A stretch of DNA of 64,000 nucleotides from Bacteroidota bacterium (lineage in GTDB: Bacteria; Bacteroidota; Ignavibacteria; UBA10030; CAVZMI01), in contig JBEKIL010000003.1 of the NCBI GenBank assembly GCA_050011775.1, positions 154,224-218,223 of the forward strand, read 5' to 3'. Shown here in pieces: positions 38,915-48,212 of this stretch (its first letter is position 1; the number at the start of each line of letters is the position of its first letter). Below the pieces are notes generated by a model. That model was not told where the DNA came from. It worked only from the letters and a program-made list of their open reading frames with translations, and did not search any database. The translations under genes were made by a program, and so were the position numbers.

Positions 38915-39916
38915 TCATTTGTTTTGTATAGTGAGCGAACGAACAATCGACTCTATGTGCCGCTCATCCGTGCCACAGCATCCTCCGAGTATTTTGAGTG
39001 AAAAATCTTTATGAAGCGATGCCATCATTTCGCCAAATCTGTCCGGATTTTCCACGTCGAGCTCTTCCCGGCCGTCGAGTTCTTCCGGACTTCTGAGCGA
39101 TGTGTTCGCCTGAAGTCCAAGGATTCTACATCGCACTTCTCGATCTTGATCTTGACCTCGACCTATTATCGCTTTCCTAAATATTTCCGGATGAACACAA
39201 TTGATCATATATCCTGTAGGCTTAGGTGATACTGTTGTATCGATATTGTTAATCGCATCCGGGAGAAGCATACCGTCAAGGAGTCTACAATTTGCACGAA
39301 TGACAAAGCTCAGTATATACGGACATCCCGAATCGGCCATTGCCTGTGCCATTCCAAGTGCTTCGCTGAAAGCCGGAAGTGTCGACCCTAAAAGAAAATC
39401 AACGCCGGACGACGCAAGTGCACGAACCTGCTCCCGGTGAAAAAAACGTGCTGTCCCGGAAGGTAACGCCTCTTCGGGTTTATACGCATCACCATAACAG
39501 CCCATGAGTCCGCCGATAAATATTTTTTTGGCATATTCACCATAACCGGCTCGTATTTCTGCAAGGAAATCGTAACAATCCTTATTTACATCATGGGCAC
39601 GCCCACCGACGTTCTTTGAACTCTGGTGGGCAGGTAACCCTGCCCGCGAGATTCGTTCGGGATTTGCACGCCAGGTAGGAGTGAGAATGATCATCGGAAG
39701 ATTTCTGCGATATGCACAGTCGATGTATTGACGATAGATTGCTTCAAGATATTTCTTTCCTTCATTATATAATAGAGCGGAATTGAGCAGGTGAGGGTTA
39801 AGGGAAATTCCGGGTGTTCTTCGCAGCCGTTCGATGACGGCTCCCTCGGCGATGATCACCGGTTCTTGCTCAATACAAAGAAGAAATGTTGACATGTGAC
39901 TGGTGTGGAAATACAA
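38915..39916 (-). CDS. homocysteine S-methyltransferase-family protein (zinc-dependent Hcy-binding domain)
   Basis: Hcy-binding domain signatures including ...MINCVHP... and GGCCGTDERHI zinc-ligand motifs. Its last ~135 bp are duplicated at 30541-30675. Confidence 0.82.
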   Translation of the reverse strand: MYFHTSHMSTFLLCIEQEPVIIAEGAVIERLRRTPGISLNPHLLNSALLYNEGKKYLEAIYRQYIDCAYRRNLPMIILTPTWRANPERISRAGLPAHQSSKNVGGRAHDVNKDCYDFLAEIRAGYGEYAKKIFIGGLMGCYGDAYKPEEALPSGTARFFHREQVRALASSGVDFLLGSTLPAFSEALGMAQAMADSGCPYILSFVIRANCRLLDGMLLPDAINNIDTTVSPKPTGYMINCVHPEIFRKAIIGRGQDQDREVRCRILGLQANTSLRSPEELDGREELDVENPDRFGEMMASLHKDFSLKILGGCCGTDERHIESIVRSLTIQNK

Positions 39917-40028
39917 TAAATAAATTACAAAACAGGGAAAGGATAATCAAGCAGTAAAAAGCTGAACGTCGGATTGATTCTTGCCACGAGTTTTTGTATT
40001 ATAGGCGTAATTTAAAGGTATTGCATCA

Positions 40029-40931
40029 ATGATTTCTATTGCAGTACAGGGGGGGGCGTGGGACATTCCTGATGAAATGGTAGATGCTCATCTTCATGGT
40101 GTACGACAGGCGCTGAAAAAAGGGTGGGAAGTCCTGAAAAAAGGAGGGAGTGCGGTCGATGCAGTTGAAAGTGCCATCATGATACTTGAAGACGACCCTA
40201 CCTTCAATGCCGGATACGGATCGGTCATGAATGCCCTCGGTCATATCGAGCTTGATGCAGGAATTATGAATGGGAAGACATTACGCGCAGGTGCAGTCGC
40301 ATGTCTGCAAAACTTTCTGCACCCGATTTCGATTGCGAGAAAAATTATGGAGGAGAGCGAGCACATTCTTCTTGCAGGAGTAGGTGCTGCCCGGTTTGCA
40401 CGTGAACATGGTTTTAAGGTCTGCCCGGCAGACACATTGGTTGTCTCACGCGAACTGGAGCGATGGAAGGTATTATATGCCGGAAATTCTGCTCCGTCGG
40501 AAAAGAAATCTATGGAATATTATGGCGATACCGTGGGCGTGGTGGCAATGGATAAGAAAGGTGTAATTGTTGCAGGTACATCGACGGGCGGAACTCCCCA
40601 TAAGTATCCCGGTCGTATTGGCGATTCTCCGCTCATAGGCTCCGGTGTCTATGCTGATAATGATGTTGGCGGAGTGTCTGCATCGGGGTGGGGAGAAGGG
40701 ATAATTACGATTGTCATGGCGAAAGCTGTGATCGATTCAATGGCATGTAATGGTGGAAATCCTGATGCAGCTGCCAAACACGGAATCGGAATTCTCAAAA
40801 AGAAAGTAAAAGGTACCGGTGGTGTGATCGCTATTAATAGAAAAGGTGAGGTGGGACTGGCATTCAGTACACCGCGAATGGCACATGCGTATATAACCGC
40901 AAAAATGAAAAAACCTGTCGTGGCAATTTGA
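40029..40931 (+). CDS. isoaspartyl peptidase / L-asparaginase (Ntn-hydrolase, plant-type asparaginase family)
   Basis: Autoproteolytic site GDTVGVVAMD with Thr nucleophile, GGTPHKYPGRIGDSPLIGSG. Confidence 0.85.
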   Translation: MISIAVQGGAWDIPDEMVDAHLHGVRQALKKGWEVLKKGGSAVDAVESAIMILEDDPTFNAGYGSVMNALGHIELDAGIMNGKTLRAGAVACLQNFLHPISIARKIMEESEHILLAGVGAARFAREHGFKVCPADTLVVSRELERWKVLYAGNSAPSEKKSMEYYGDTVGVVAMDKKGVIVAGTSTGGTPHKYPGRIGDSPLIGSGVYADNDVGGVSASGWGEGIITIVMAKAVIDSMACNGGNPDAAAKHGIGILKKKVKGTGGVIAINRKGEVGLAFSTPRMAHAYITAKMKKPVVAI

Positions 40932-42265
40932 AGACTTCCTCTCATATCGGACATATTATCGAGCTTGTTGATCAGATACAGAAATCGCCGTTGCCGGCGG
41001 ACCGTGTCGTTGCACATTTTTTTCTTGGACGCCGGTATCTTGGCTCGAGAGACCGTCGGATAATATCGGAGACCACCTACGACCTCTTCCGGCACGCATA
41101 TCGCATTGAACGATTGATGCAGGAAGTGCTCGACCGGTTGAAAAAGCCGATCCCGCCGGTGTATCCGAAAATCTGGATGGTTGCTGCATATGCCGTCGGA
41201 ATTAAGAATGGACCACCTGAAAAAGTCGTCGAGGAAATCGGAGCTCAATGGAATGTTGTCGAACCTAGAATTGATCCGCTCGAATTTTGCCGGAATATCG
41301 AGCTGCAGAAAGACCTGAAATTCATCGGCAATGATCCGGCCGAGCGTATCAGCGTGGAATATTCCTTTCCACGGTGGATGGTGGAATCATGGAATACACA
41401 GTACGGACATGACGAAACCGAAAAGCTCTGCAGTGCACTTCATCAGCAGTCACCGCTGACGATTCGGGTAAACACACTCAAAATAGATGTACCGGGGTGC
41501 ATGAAGCGGCTTGCCGATGAAGGGATTGTGGTAGAACGGACTAGATTATCGCCGTTCGGTCTTGTGTTACCGAAACGTGTAAATTTTCCTGCGCTGATGT
41601 CGTACAGAGAAGGCCTTTACGAGATTCAGGATGAAGGGAGCCAGATTATCTCGCTGCTGGCCGGTCCGCAACCCTCCGACACCGTCATTGATGCCTGTGC
41701 CGGCGGCGGAGGAAAATCGCTGCACCTCGCGGCTCTGATGAACAATCAGGGAACCATTCACGCGCTCGATGTCGGTGAAGAGCGTCTGAAACAACTATCA
41801 CAACGCTTAAAACGTGCGGGTATAAATATTATTTTCCCGCGACTCGTTACCGGTGAGAAGGGAAACACAGACGATCTTTTATCGACGGCCGATCTTGTGA
41901 TTATTGACGCTCCCTGCAGCGGCAGCGGAACGATCCGGAGAAATCCGCTTCTCAAATGGCGCATCACAGGCGATGACGTTAAGAAATATGCCCGTACACA
42001 AAGAGAACTCCTGGAAAGATATTGGCGTTGTTCTAAAGTAGGCGGAATGGTTGTATATGCGACCTGTTCACTATTCCGGCTTGAGAATGATGATGTCATA
42101 GAAGATTTTCTCAAGGATCATCCGGATATTATAATACAAAAACCCCAACCGTTACTTGATCGATGGGGTATCAAGGATTGTAACGGTGGTGACGTTGTTC
42201 GGTTGCTGCCTTCGGTTCATGGAACCGACGGGTTTTTCGCAGCAGCACTTCGTCGTATACGCTAA
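40928..42265 (+). CDS. rsmB: 16S rRNA (cytosine-C5)-methyltransferase RsmB/Sun family
   Basis: NusB-like N-domain. SAM motif IDACAGGGGKS. Catalytic IIDAPCSGSGTIRRNP and ATCS motifs. 4-bp overlap with the upstream gene. Confidence 0.88.
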   Translation: MKTSSHIGHIIELVDQIQKSPLPADRVVAHFFLGRRYLGSRDRRIISETTYDLFRHAYRIERLMQEVLDRLKKPIPPVYPKIWMVAAYAVGIKNGPPEKVVEEIGAQWNVVEPRIDPLEFCRNIELQKDLKFIGNDPAERISVEYSFPRWMVESWNTQYGHDETEKLCSALHQQSPLTIRVNTLKIDVPGCMKRLADEGIVVERTRLSPFGLVLPKRVNFPALMSYREGLYEIQDEGSQIISLLAGPQPSDTVIDACAGGGGKSLHLAALMNNQGTIHALDVGEERLKQLSQRLKRAGINIIFPRLVTGEKGNTDDLLSTADLVIIDAPCSGSGTIRRNPLLKWRITGDDVKKYARTQRELLERYWRCSKVGGMVVYATCSLFRLENDDVIEDFLKDHPDIIIQKPQPLLDRWGIKDCNGGDVVRLLPSVHGTDGFFAAALRRIR

Positions 42266-42274
42266 TGAAGTAAA

Positions 42275-42802
42275 TTGTTCATAAAGCAGAAAGGAAATAC
42301 TATGGTAGCACGTATTCTCGCTGTGGTTGTTCTTATAACGGCGTTCATATCATGCGGAGGGATGTCCGAGGAAGAAATCTGGTCGAAAGTGCAGGAAAGC
42401 AGGCAGAAATCGGACCATAAGGAGACCCTGCGGTATTATCAGCTTCTAATTGATAAATATCCAAATAGCTCGCGTATTCCCGAAGTCCTGTGGAAAGCCG
42501 GTGCGCTTTGCAGTAACGATATAAAGGATTATGAGACTGCTGTGAAATATTACAAGGAATTCGTCAACCGTTTTCCGGATCACCGGGATGTTCCAATGGC
42601 GTTATTTCTCACTGGATTCTTGTACAATAATGAATTGAAGAATGTCGATAGTGCCCGTACATATTACACAGAGTTCATACGTCGGTATCCAACAAACGAG
42701 ATGGTCGAATCAGCCAGGTTTGAGCTGGAACATCTGGGGAAGAATGCCAACGAAATGTTTCTGCAGCCCAAGAGTAAGAGCACTGCGAAGAAGGGGCGAT
42801 AG
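42275..42802 (+). CDS. TPR-repeat lipoprotein (YbgF/BamD-like)
   Basis: Lipobox AFISC. Three TPR-like helical repeats (AVKYYKEFVNRFPDH..., ARTYYTEFIRRYP...). Confidence 0.7.
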   Translation: MFIKQKGNTMVARILAVVVLITAFISCGGMSEEEIWSKVQESRQKSDHKETLRYYQLLIDKYPNSSRIPEVLWKAGALCSNDIKDYETAVKYYKEFVNRFPDHRDVPMALFLTGFLYNNELKNVDSARTYYTEFIRRYPTNEMVESARFELEHLGKNANEMFLQPKSKSTAKKGR

Positions 42803-42863
42803 AAGAACGATCGAAGAATATCGAAAATACCTTACACCCAGCGTAATTGCCCGACTCTCGAAT

Positions 42864-43706
42864 ATGGAGATTGTCGCCCGTCTGGTTGTTGAAGGATTCA
42901 TTACAGGACTTCATAAATCTCCGTATCACGGTTTTAGTGTCGAGTTTGCCGAACACCGACAGTATATGCCGGGAGATGAAATCCGGCATATTGATTGGAA
43001 AATCTACGGAAAGACGGATCGTTATTTCATAAAACAATTTGAAGAAGAAACAAATCTCAAAGCCACCATCATACTTGATGCAAGCTCTTCGATGGGATAT
43101 GCATCGGAAAAAGCAATCACAAAACTCGCCTACGGATCATATCTTGCCGCTGCGCTGTCGTATCTTATGATTCAACAGCGGGATGCTGTCGGACTGGCGG
43201 TATTCGACGAGAAAATCAGATCGTATCTGCCGCCCCGATCGACGCATTCTTATTTACAGCAGCTGCTCAAAGAATTGACTGCCATCGCGCCGGGGAATAA
43301 GACCAACACGGCTCCGTCTTTGCATGAGATCGCCGATCGGATCAAGCGCCGGGGTCTTGTGATCGTGATCAGCGACTTGTTTGACGATCCCAATGCAGTG
43401 ATGGTAGCACTCAAGCATTTTCGTCATACAAAAAACGAAGTCATCGTCATGCACGTACTCGATCCGCTCGAACGTTCGTTCGCCTTTGGGAACGACGCTG
43501 TGTTTAAAGATATGGAAACCGGCGCACAAATCATGACGCACCCATGGCATATTCAACGTTCGTATCAGACGGCGATGAGACAATTCCTCGATCGCTATCG
43601 CAGCGAATGCAGGGAGCATAATATCGATTATGTGCTCCTGGATACGACGACTCCATTCGATAGTGCATTGACAGAATATCTAAGCAAGCGGCAGCGAATT
43701 CATTAA
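42864..43706 (+). CDS. DUF58 (vWA-like, MoxR-associated family) protein
   Basis: Conserved DUF58 core (GLHKSPYHGFSVEFAEHRQYMPGDEIRHIDWKIYGKTDRYFIKQFEEE...ILDASSSMGY). The tracked ORF starts at 42642 inside the TPR gene. I chose the in-frame ATG at 42864, giving a family-typical 280 aa. Confidence 0.72.
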   Translation: MEIVARLVVEGFITGLHKSPYHGFSVEFAEHRQYMPGDEIRHIDWKIYGKTDRYFIKQFEEETNLKATIILDASSSMGYASEKAITKLAYGSYLAAALSYLMIQQRDAVGLAVFDEKIRSYLPPRSTHSYLQQLLKELTAIAPGNKTNTAPSLHEIADRIKRRGLVIVISDLFDDPNAVMVALKHFRHTKNEVIVMHVLDPLERSFAFGNDAVFKDMETGAQIMTHPWHIQRSYQTAMRQFLDRYRSECREHNIDYVLLDTTTPFDSALTEYLSKRQRIH

Positions 43707-43723
43707 GTGATGGAGTTTTTTAT

Positions 43724-44518
43724 TTGATGATAGAATTCTCTTTAGGTGTTGTTCTTGCATTCCTTGTTGTCTTTCTTGCCAGACGATATGGCTGGTTAAC
43801 ACTTCCCGCTGCGATCGGTGCATTCATTCTCGGTATTCTGGTTTTCGGGTTCTGTGGAATTCAATGGTCGGTCCCGCTGCTCGTTTTCTTTTTCACATCC
43901 GTACTGATGACACGATATGGGCGGGAGAAAAAACAAAAGTTTGAATATATCAGTGACATCAAACCGAAACGCCGTCTGCACCAGGTCATAGCAAACGGGG
44001 GAGTAGCGGGTATTCTGATTCTTGTTTCGATTTTTTTCCCACATGATCGATGGTATCTCGTCTACGGGGCAGTCATAGCGTCGGTGACATCCGATGCATG
44101 GTCTACCGAAATCGGATTACTCTCGAACAGTGAACCGCGCAGCATACACAACGGCAGGAAAGTTCCACATGGGACATCGGGCGGATTGACACCGGAAGGA
44201 ATTGCCGCAGGTTTTGCCGGTTGTGTCTGTATTTTTCTAAGCATGACGCCGTGGTTCGGATTTCATTTTCAATCATTCTGTATCATTTGTAGTTCCGGAC
44301 TCTTAGCCAATCTGGTCGATAGTTTTCTCGGTGCAACATTGCAAGTACGATACCGTTGTTCCATGTGTCAACATATTACGGAACGGTCCAGGCACTGTGA
44401 TAACACATCGACAGAGTACTATGGGGGGATCCGTCTGCTCACAAATGATGGTGTCAATTTCTGTGCATCTATCTGTGGTGCTGTATCCGCGTTCCTTTTA
44501 CTTATGGTTTTCTGTTGA
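43724..44518 (+). CDS. DUF92/TMEM19-family integral membrane protein
   Basis: Polytopic membrane protein with the DUF92 conserved stretch (...RYGREKK...VIANGGVAGILIL...SDAWSTEIG...GTSGGLTPEG...). Confidence 0.7.
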   Translation: MMIEFSLGVVLAFLVVFLARRYGWLTLPAAIGAFILGILVFGFCGIQWSVPLLVFFFTSVLMTRYGREKKQKFEYISDIKPKRRLHQVIANGGVAGILILVSIFFPHDRWYLVYGAVIASVTSDAWSTEIGLLSNSEPRSIHNGRKVPHGTSGGLTPEGIAAGFAGCVCIFLSMTPWFGFHFQSFCIICSSGLLANLVDSFLGATLQVRYRCSMCQHITERSRHCDNTSTEYYGGIRLLTNDGVNFCASICGAVSAFLLLMVFC

Positions 44519-44880
44519 ATCAATAATAGTCTTTCTGAACTGCCGGATAGTATAGTCTTTATCTGATTCAGGATAATTTGTTGCCGAAATTCCCAAGGAA
44601 AGTGCCGTTTACTGCTTTATTTTCAAGAAATTAGCTGTTTTTCCAGTTCCGGGGTCTGCCGCAAGATCGGGGTTGTGGGTATTACAGAAAAACCGACCTC
44701 GCCATGAAAAAACTGCAAATGATATGGCAATTTCTTATATTGAACGAAATGCAGAAAAGAGGGATGGGGGCCGTCATTCTAGGATCGAAGAAAAAATAAA
44801 AAAGTTCTTGCACTTTTAATGAATATCGACAATCTTCTCAGATAACAGTATAGTACGTAATCACAAAGGAGGCCAATGTC

Positions 44881-45504
44881 ATGCCAAATCTGAATCTCAA
44901 AGATGATGAGATTGTTCATGAAGAACCGATGACTCCACGACTACGAAGACGGGATGAAGGACCTCACAATAAATCGATGATCATGGTTCTCTATATCGTC
45001 TTGATTTTAGTTGTACTTGGAGGCGCACTGTTTTTCCTGAATAACGCCGGGATCATCAAACTGTGGGGTCCAAAACTAACGGTGAAGAGGATTGCACCCC
45101 CACCTCCAGTCGATACAACAGCAATGGCAGCAAGAGATACGGCGAAACCAGAGGTCGCACCGTCCGAATCAAAGAAAAACGCATCGAAAAAAGGCGAAGC
45201 GAAAAAAGGACAAGCCGTAAAAGAACCGGTAACGAAGAAAGAATTGCCGCCTGTGCAGCCGGCCGGAAGCGGAGAATATGCAGTTCAGATTTCCTCATGG
45301 ACTGATCCGGAAAAAGCCGATGTCCATGTGGCACAGCTCCGGGATGCCGGACTTGATGCATACGTTGTGAAAGCCGAAACGAAAGCGGGCACGCGGTGGA
45401 GTGTGAGAGTTGGTCGATATGCTTCTGAGCAAGAAGCGAAAACAGTCGCTGCTCACCTCGGCGAAAATTCCGAGACCCGTGTCATAGTCGTTAAAGCTCA
45501 ATAA
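44881..45504 (+). CDS. SPOR-domain protein (TM anchor + Lys/Glu-rich linker + C-terminal peptidoglycan-binding SPOR)
   Basis: TM MIMVLYIVLILVVLGGALFFL. C-terminal EYAVQISSWTDPEKADVHVAQLRDAGLDAYVV...RVGRYASEQEAKTVAAHL is a SPOR fold pattern. Confidence 0.78.
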   Translation: MPNLNLKDDEIVHEEPMTPRLRRRDEGPHNKSMIMVLYIVLILVVLGGALFFLNNAGIIKLWGPKLTVKRIAPPPPVDTTAMAARDTAKPEVAPSESKKNASKKGEAKKGQAVKEPVTKKELPPVQPAGSGEYAVQISSWTDPEKADVHVAQLRDAGLDAYVVKAETKAGTRWSVRVGRYASEQEAKTVAAHLGENSETRVIVVKAQ

Positions 45505-45536
45505 CCGGATTACTTGTACTGTGTTGTGAAAAGTAA

Positions 45537-45568
45537 CGGAAGTAGTAACACTTCCGGAGATATTTTTT
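45537..45568 (+). terminator. rho-independent terminator after the SPOR gene
   Basis: CGGAAGT-agtaac-ACTTCCG followed by GAGATATTTTTTG. Confidence 0.65.
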
Positions 45569-45686
45569 GCGGAGGGGTTGTAAATCCGTTATAGTGAGTA
45601 TTGAAAGCATTTAATCATCATCTTTCTGGCGGCGGTGATCGTTGTAAAGAACCACTGCCTCCAGAAGGAAAAACCGTGGATATGTT

Positions 45687-46007
45687 CTACGGTTTTTTTA
45701 TATCCATTTCTTCCACAGGAGGGGAGTGAAGTTTTGTCGGTCCTTTCAAATAGAAATAATAGAAAATTCCCTCACTGATTGTCAGCAGAAGTAATGAAAG
45801 TGCATCCCGATCGAATATACGGCTGAATCCCTTTTCGGGAGTAAACAAACGTATCAGGAACGTTGTAATTGTCCATCCCACTGAAAAAATCAGTGCCATA
45901 AATGCCACGCCGAGAATTCCTTCACCAAATCCTTCATCCTGCCAGCGTTTTGTAAAAGCGGCAATGGCAGCGATTGCGTGAAGGTAAAACACAGCGACTT
46001 CGATCAT
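45687..46007 (-). CDS. small membrane protein, unknown
   Basis: Three hydrophobic helices in 106 aa. Followed by ACGGTTTTT/AAAAACCGT hairpin terminator. Confidence 0.4.
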   Translation of the reverse strand: MIEVAVFYLHAIAAIAAFTKRWQDEGFGEGILGVAFMALIFSVGWTITTFLIRLFTPEKGFSRIFDRDALSLLLLTISEGIFYYFYLKGPTKLHSPPVEEMDIKKP

Positions 46008-46144
46008 TGAAGATTACTCCATCGGGTGTCTCGATTCAAAAATAACTTTAATAAGTCATAACTGATTCTATTGCTATTTCCAGCAGTTTAAAGCTGAGAG
46101 TAGGTTTTCGATCATTAAAGTTATTTTTGGTACTCGACACCTAG

Positions 46145-47587
46145 TTATTCTGCTGAGCGGCTCCACAGTAATTCACGGATTGTACGTAGTAAAATTTTAA
46201 GATCAAACGTGAATGACCAATGTTCGATGTAGTACAGATCATATGAGATTCGATCTTCTAATGAAGTATCACCCCGAAGGCCATTGACCTGCGCCCAACC
46301 GGTCATACCGGTTTTCACACGGTGCCTGTCGAGGTATTTTGGAATGACTTTTTTAAATTTTTCGACATAGTCGGTTCGTTCCGGTCGGGGGCCTACAAGG
46401 CTCATTTCCCCTTTAAGAACATTGATAAGTTGTGGAAGTTCATCAAGGCTTGTTTTTCTCAAGAAGATACCGATCCGTGTTCGTCGTGGATCATTCTTTA
46501 TTCCCAATCGAATCTCCTGTTGGGCCGTTTCCGCGCCTGTTTTCATTGATCTGAACTTTATCATCTGGAAATGTTTACCGTCGAATCCCACGCGCTCCTG
46601 AAGATAAAAAACCGGACCCGACGAATCGAGCTTGATGATAAACGTAATAAGGATAAACAACGGGAGAAGGAGAATTAGAAGCAAGAGAGAGACCAACAGA
46701 TCAAATATACGCTTGAAAATCCCTCCCCAGCTCGACATTGCCATCGCTTTGATGGTGATAAAAGGGATTCCTTCAATCTCTCTCACGCGCAGCCGGCTTG
46801 TAATTATTTCGAGCATATCAGGAACGAACATTACCTCAATATTATATCCCTCGCATTCCCGGGCAAGTTGTACGATTTTTGAATGGTCGGAATAGGGAAG
46901 TGCAATCAGCACTAGCTCGATTTCTTCGCGCTTGAAAATATCGCTTATTCCGGCAATCTGTCCCAGGTAGCGAAAATCCGAGAAACCGGGAAGCGGGCTT
47001 TTCTTATCGGCAGCATAACCTGCAATATCGTACCCGAGAAAAGGAGCCTTTGCGAGTGCGCGCAGAACTCTAAGTGCCGTTTCGCCAGAACCGATAAGCG
47101 CTACGTTTCGAAGCTCTTTTCCGCGCCGATAAAGAGCACGTTCAAACGCAATTGTGGAAAACCGCCCGATGGATAATAGGATGATAGAAAGCAGCCACAT
47201 TAAACCGAATACGACACGCGAATAAGAAAATGCCCTGTAAAAAAATGCCGCGCTCATGACTATTAACATGCCGATCGTGACAACTTTTACAATCGCGAAG
47301 AACTCATCTGTGATATATGTGTTTCGCCGGACGGCGTACATCCGGCGCGATTGAAAAATTAAAAGCCATGCAGGAATGATGAACAGTGTCCCTTCGATAT
47401 AAGCACGAAGTGGCGGGATTTCGGTTACGACCTCGACAATCGAGGTAAACGGCGAGAAAAATCGGATCCAGTAAGAAAGAAGAAATGCCGTTTCAATCGC
47501 AACGGCATCACAAACAAGTGTGAAGAGCGGAACAAGGATATCGTTTCGTCGCGGCTGTGCCATATCAACCATACATCTCTTGTTCAA
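46145..47587 (-). CDS. undecaprenyl-phosphate sugar phosphotransferase (WbaP/EPS-type polyprenyl glycosylphosphotransferase)
   Basis: N-terminal TM bundle. C-terminal bacterial sugar transferase domain (KRIFDLLVSLLLL...GPVFYLQERVG..GK.F.MIKFRSM...DELPQL.NVLKGEMSLVGPRPE). Confidence 0.9.
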   Translation of the reverse strand: MNKRCMVDMAQPRRNDILVPLFTLVCDAVAIETAFLLSYWIRFFSPFTSIVEVVTEIPPLRAYIEGTLFIIPAWLLIFQSRRMYAVRRNTYITDEFFAIVKVVTIGMLIVMSAAFFYRAFSYSRVVFGLMWLLSIILLSIGRFSTIAFERALYRRGKELRNVALIGSGETALRVLRALAKAPFLGYDIAGYAADKKSPLPGFSDFRYLGQIAGISDIFKREEIELVLIALPYSDHSKIVQLARECEGYNIEVMFVPDMLEIITSRLRVREIEGIPFITIKAMAMSSWGGIFKRIFDLLVSLLLLILLLPLFILITFIIKLDSSGPVFYLQERVGFDGKHFQMIKFRSMKTGAETAQQEIRLGIKNDPRRTRIGIFLRKTSLDELPQLINVLKGEMSLVGPRPERTDYVEKFKKVIPKYLDRHRVKTGMTGWAQVNGLRGDTSLEDRISYDLYYIEHWSFTFDLKILLRTIRELLWSRSAE

Positions 47588-48170
47588 CTTGCCAGAATAT
47601 TATGTGTCCGATGGTTATGTGACCTTCCTGGATCCTCTGGACATCGTTGGAGGGAATAATAATTGGCAGATCGCAGAGACCTTTCGATTTACCACCGTCT
47701 TTTCCAAGGAAGCCTATCGTCTTCATGCCCTTCTCACGGGCCTTCTGAAATGCGCGGTTTACACTCTCCGAATTGCCGCTCGTGCTGATGCCTATCAGGA
47801 TATCGCCCGTATTTCCCAGCGCTTCCACATTCCGGGCGAAAACATTATCATAACCGAAATCATTCGAACCGGCAGTAAGATTCGAAACGTCTGTTGAGAG
47901 CGATATCGCAGGAATGCCCGGACGCTTGATGTTGTGGTTCAATCGTATGACAAACTCCGCGGCAAGATGCTGCGCATCGGCTGCACTCCCGCCGTTGCCG
48001 CACAGGAGAACTTTTTTCTTCTTGTTGAGCGCATCGACGATCATATCGATGGCTTTGCTGATATCGCCCGTGCACTGCTCGGCGATCTTCTTCTTCGTCT
48101 CGGCGCTCTCGACAAGCGAGTCCTTGATAAATTTCTGCCGATAGGCGATTGTCAATGGGAGATGAGCCAT
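47565..48170 (-). CDS. gmhA: D-sedoheptulose-7-phosphate isomerase (SIS domain)
   Basis: GmhA signature (KVLLCGNGGSAADAQHLAAEF...GISTSGNSE...). 23-bp overlap with the downstream sugar transferase gene. Confidence 0.88.
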   Translation of the reverse strand: MAHLPLTIAYRQKFIKDSLVESAETKKKIAEQCTGDISKAIDMIVDALNKKKKVLLCGNGGSAADAQHLAAEFVIRLNHNIKRPGIPAISLSTDVSNLTAGSNDFGYDNVFARNVEALGNTGDILIGISTSGNSESVNRAFQKAREKGMKTIGFLGKDGGKSKGLCDLPIIIPSNDVQRIQEGHITIGHIIFWQVEQEMYG

Positions 48171-48212
48171 AATTTAGTTCTCCTTCAACTGGTCATATCT
48201 GACGAATGCTCA

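Noticed and set aside
42642-42863. Long form of the DUF58 ORF starting at 42642
   Set aside because: The first 74 codons overlap the TPR lipoprotein gene in another frame and carry no conserved DUF58 residues. The ATG at 42864 gives a family-typical length.
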